Positions 62,268-64,000 of a stretch of 64,000 bases of DNA are shown here, piece after piece. Position 1 is the first letter of the stretch; each line of letters starts with the position of its first letter. Both the position numbers and the translations under genes were made by a program. This DNA is from an uncultured archaeon. Its GTDB lineage: Archaea; Asgardarchaeota; Lokiarchaeia; Sigyniarchaeales; SOKP01. The notes under the pieces were generated by a model. That model did no database searches. It was given only the letters and a program-made list of their open reading frames with translations, and was not told where the DNA came from. The DNA is taken from assembly GCA_964435435.1 (NCBI GenBank), contig CAYSZJ010000004.1:66-64065 (forward strand), read 5' to 3'.

Positions 62268-63210
62268 ATGAAAATTAGTTTAGTTGGACTAAGTGGATGT
62301 GGTAAGACAAGCGTTTATTCAGTTGCTTTTGCCGCAAAATCTCCGGAAGACACTAAAGGATTAGCACCAACAATACTATATGAAACAAGAAGACATCCAT
62401 TCTTGGGATTGCAAGTTGGGATTTTTGATTTTGGGGGTCAAGAGCAGTTTAGAAAAGAATACATGGAAAAACCTGAGATTTTCAGAGGCACAGATATTCT
62501 CATTCCCATAGTTGACTTACATGATCCGCAAAATTTTGAACAAGCAAAACAATATTTCATAGATTTATTAGATCTTTACCGAAAGAACAATGAAAAACCT
62601 ATGGTCTTCTTGTTCCTTCATAAATATGATACAGAATGAATGGATAGTTAATTATCTATTCCTGGAAGATTACCAGAAGGAACTTTTAGATACCAATGTT
62701 AAGAACGCAAAAGAAATCTTTTTGGATTTATTTAAAGACTATGATTTCGACTTTATGCTTACAAGTATTTATGATCAGGATAAATTAGCCAAAGTGTTCA
62801 GGGATATTCTAATATCCTCCTATGCTGATTTAAAGGCTCATGTTGAAAAAGCAGAAAAACAACTTGATGAAATCAAAGCAAAAGTTATTATTGCTGATAT
62901 TTCTGGTAATGTAATCGTTCATAATGTTCAAGGAGTTAGTAGCGGATTAACATTACGAGGAGATTTAAGAGATTTCATTAATGCGTGTAATACTGTCCGA
63001 GAAAACATCTTTATGGCAGATTCTGCCAAATTCGGCGGGAGTGACGGTGATGGGAAGGAAATTGAGCTTCATATTTTCAAGTATATTATATCTGTGCTTG
63101 TAATGAAGTCTGGAGGAGACCTTGATAGAGAGTCTCAAGACAAGTTAAATATGTTATTAAATGACATGAAACTTTTTGCTGATTTAATAATATCAGCTCA
63201 TACTGAATAA
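62268..63210 (+). pseudogene. Rag/Gtr-family GTPase with C-terminal roadblock domain; frame broken by a GAAT tandem duplication at 62634..62641
   Basis: Frame 1: 'KISLVGLSGCGKTSVYS', 'FDFGGQEQF', 'FLFLHKYD' (HKxD G4 as in RagA/Gtr1), then TGA at 62637..62639. The +1 frame continues 'EWIVNYLFLEDYQ...FMLTSIYDQDKLAKVFRDIL' (compare TSIWDE..YKAWS of Rag/Gtr). A roadblock-like 'AKVIIADISGNVIVHN' follows. Confidence 0.7.
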
Positions 63211-63302
63211 ATATTTTTATTCATATCTTTTTTTCATTTTAAGATTTTAGAAATTTACTAGAATACAATTATTTTATTTATAAATTATTTTTCAGCTTGA
63301 TT

Positions 63303-63575
63303 TTATGAATTATTAACACCTGAAGAGTCATTCAAATCTCTTATATACTTATCAAATTTTGATGTTTTATAGGCAGTAATAATTGTCTTTGTATCTTCAT
63401 TAATTGTATAGAAAATTCTTAGAAGATAATTTTCAAATTTCTTTTGAGCAATATTATTTCTGTATTTATCTCTAGTTACCTCATCAGGTGAATTTTTAGT
63501 AGTAATAATTTTAGTTTTATCAATTTTGCGAAGCTTTAATTGTTGTAAAGCGTGTTTAGTGAATTCTATGACCAT
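63303..63575 (-). CDS. DUF4258-like putative toxin
   Basis: 90 aa with a GTG start. 'FTKHALQQLKLRKIDKTKI' resembles DUF4258. Overlaps the upstream DUF2283-like gene by 10 nt. Confidence 0.45.
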   Translation of the reverse strand: MVIEFTKHALQQLKLRKIDKTKIITTKNSPDEVTRDKYRNNIAQKKFENYLLRIFYTINEDTKTIITAYKTSKFDKYIRDLNDSSGVNNS

Positions 63576-63793
63576 TGAGCAATCACGGGTATTATTTCAT
63601 CAGCATTCATTTGAATAATTTCATTAAGATTAATTTTACGCTGTGAATAGTTTAGAATCTCGATACCAATAATATTATCGTGATCTCCATAATCAATTAC
63701 AATTCCTTCGTTAATCTCTTCAGAGTCTTTTACTTTCTCATGAGAGAATTGCAAATATAACACGTCGGCAACTTTATCGAAGGAAATTTGCAT
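63566..63793 (-). CDS. DUF2283-like putative antitoxin
   Basis: 75 aa. 'FDKVADVLYLQFS...VIDYGDHDNIIGIEILNYSQ' fits the DUF2283 pattern (YD.E.D.LYI.. ... GIEIL.AS). Confidence 0.55.
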   Translation of the reverse strand: MQISFDKVADVLYLQFSHEKVKDSEEINEGIVIDYGDHDNIIGIEILNYSQRKINLNEIIQMNADEIIPVIAQWS

Positions 63794-64000
63794 AATAAAT
63801 TAATAAAAAACATACTTAATAAGTATTTTATTTGATTGGATAAGAAATATTTACTTATTGGGATGATAATATGATTTTCTTAATCCCTTTCTTTATCCCA
63901 GATTTTAAAAAAGAATAAGAAAAAGGATAGTGGATATATTAAATTAAATTATTTACTCTTTCTACAAATTCTATAATTTTATTCTCTTGCCTAAGTTCAG

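Noticed and set aside
62637-62639. The UGA ending the first Rag/Gtr-like ORF as a selenocysteine codon.
   Set aside because: Read-through would hit TAA three codons later. The homologous continuation is in the +1 frame and the UGA does not align with a Cys. A GAAT tandem duplication accounts for the break.
1-64000. CRISPR arrays, rRNA genes, IS transposases, integrases and prophage genes.
   Set aside because: No regularly spaced 25-40-nt repeats were seen and there are no long GC-enriched structured stretches typical of rRNA in this AT-rich background. No ORF has DDE, tyrosine- or serine-recombinase or capsid/terminase-like motifs. The only mobility-associated gene is the LAGLIDADG-like ORF.

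Overview
AT-rich (about 30% GC by eye), gene-dense archaeal segment with about 55 supportable genes. There are no rRNA or tRNA genes, CRISPR arrays or transposases. The gene content points to an Asgard (Lokiarchaeia-like) genome: a Ras/Rab-like GTPase, a Rag/Gtr-like GTPase, roadblock/longin-type modules, and UGA-recoded HdrA/VhuD. This placement is inference only. The main feature is an amplified cytoplasmic redox gene set. It has five HdrA paralogues (four are ~1015-1036 aa double-module forms), four MvhD/VhuD genes plus one remnant, two HdrD-like CCG/ferredoxin fusion genes and three FrhB-family genes. No hydrogenase catalytic subunits are present. Nine of these genes form one co-directional minus-strand block (46921->33119). 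Its first two genes, a canonical-length hdrA and vhuD, carry six in-frame UGA codons. Each UGA aligns with a conserved Cys of the Cys-type paralogues in this window, so they read as selenocysteine. That Sec-type hdrA also holds a paralogue-specific 39-nt in-frame insertion with a UAG, a 9-bp hairpin and identical flanking AGA codons. This resembles a translational-bypass cassette and is the most unusual signal here. A GC-rich imperfect hairpin after vhuD is a candidate SECIS. Other content: an MvhD::winged-helix fusion; a Rag/Gtr-like GTPase broken by a GAAT tandem duplication; a Ras-like GTPase next to a TPR protein; and a frameshifted free-standing LAGLIDADG gene. A sulfur-carrier neighbourhood holds DsrE-like, MoaD/ThiS-like, IscU, TusA and ThiF/MoeB-like genes. 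Five 3'-terminal gene remnants are scattered through the window. All functional calls rest on motif recognition by eye, with no database search.
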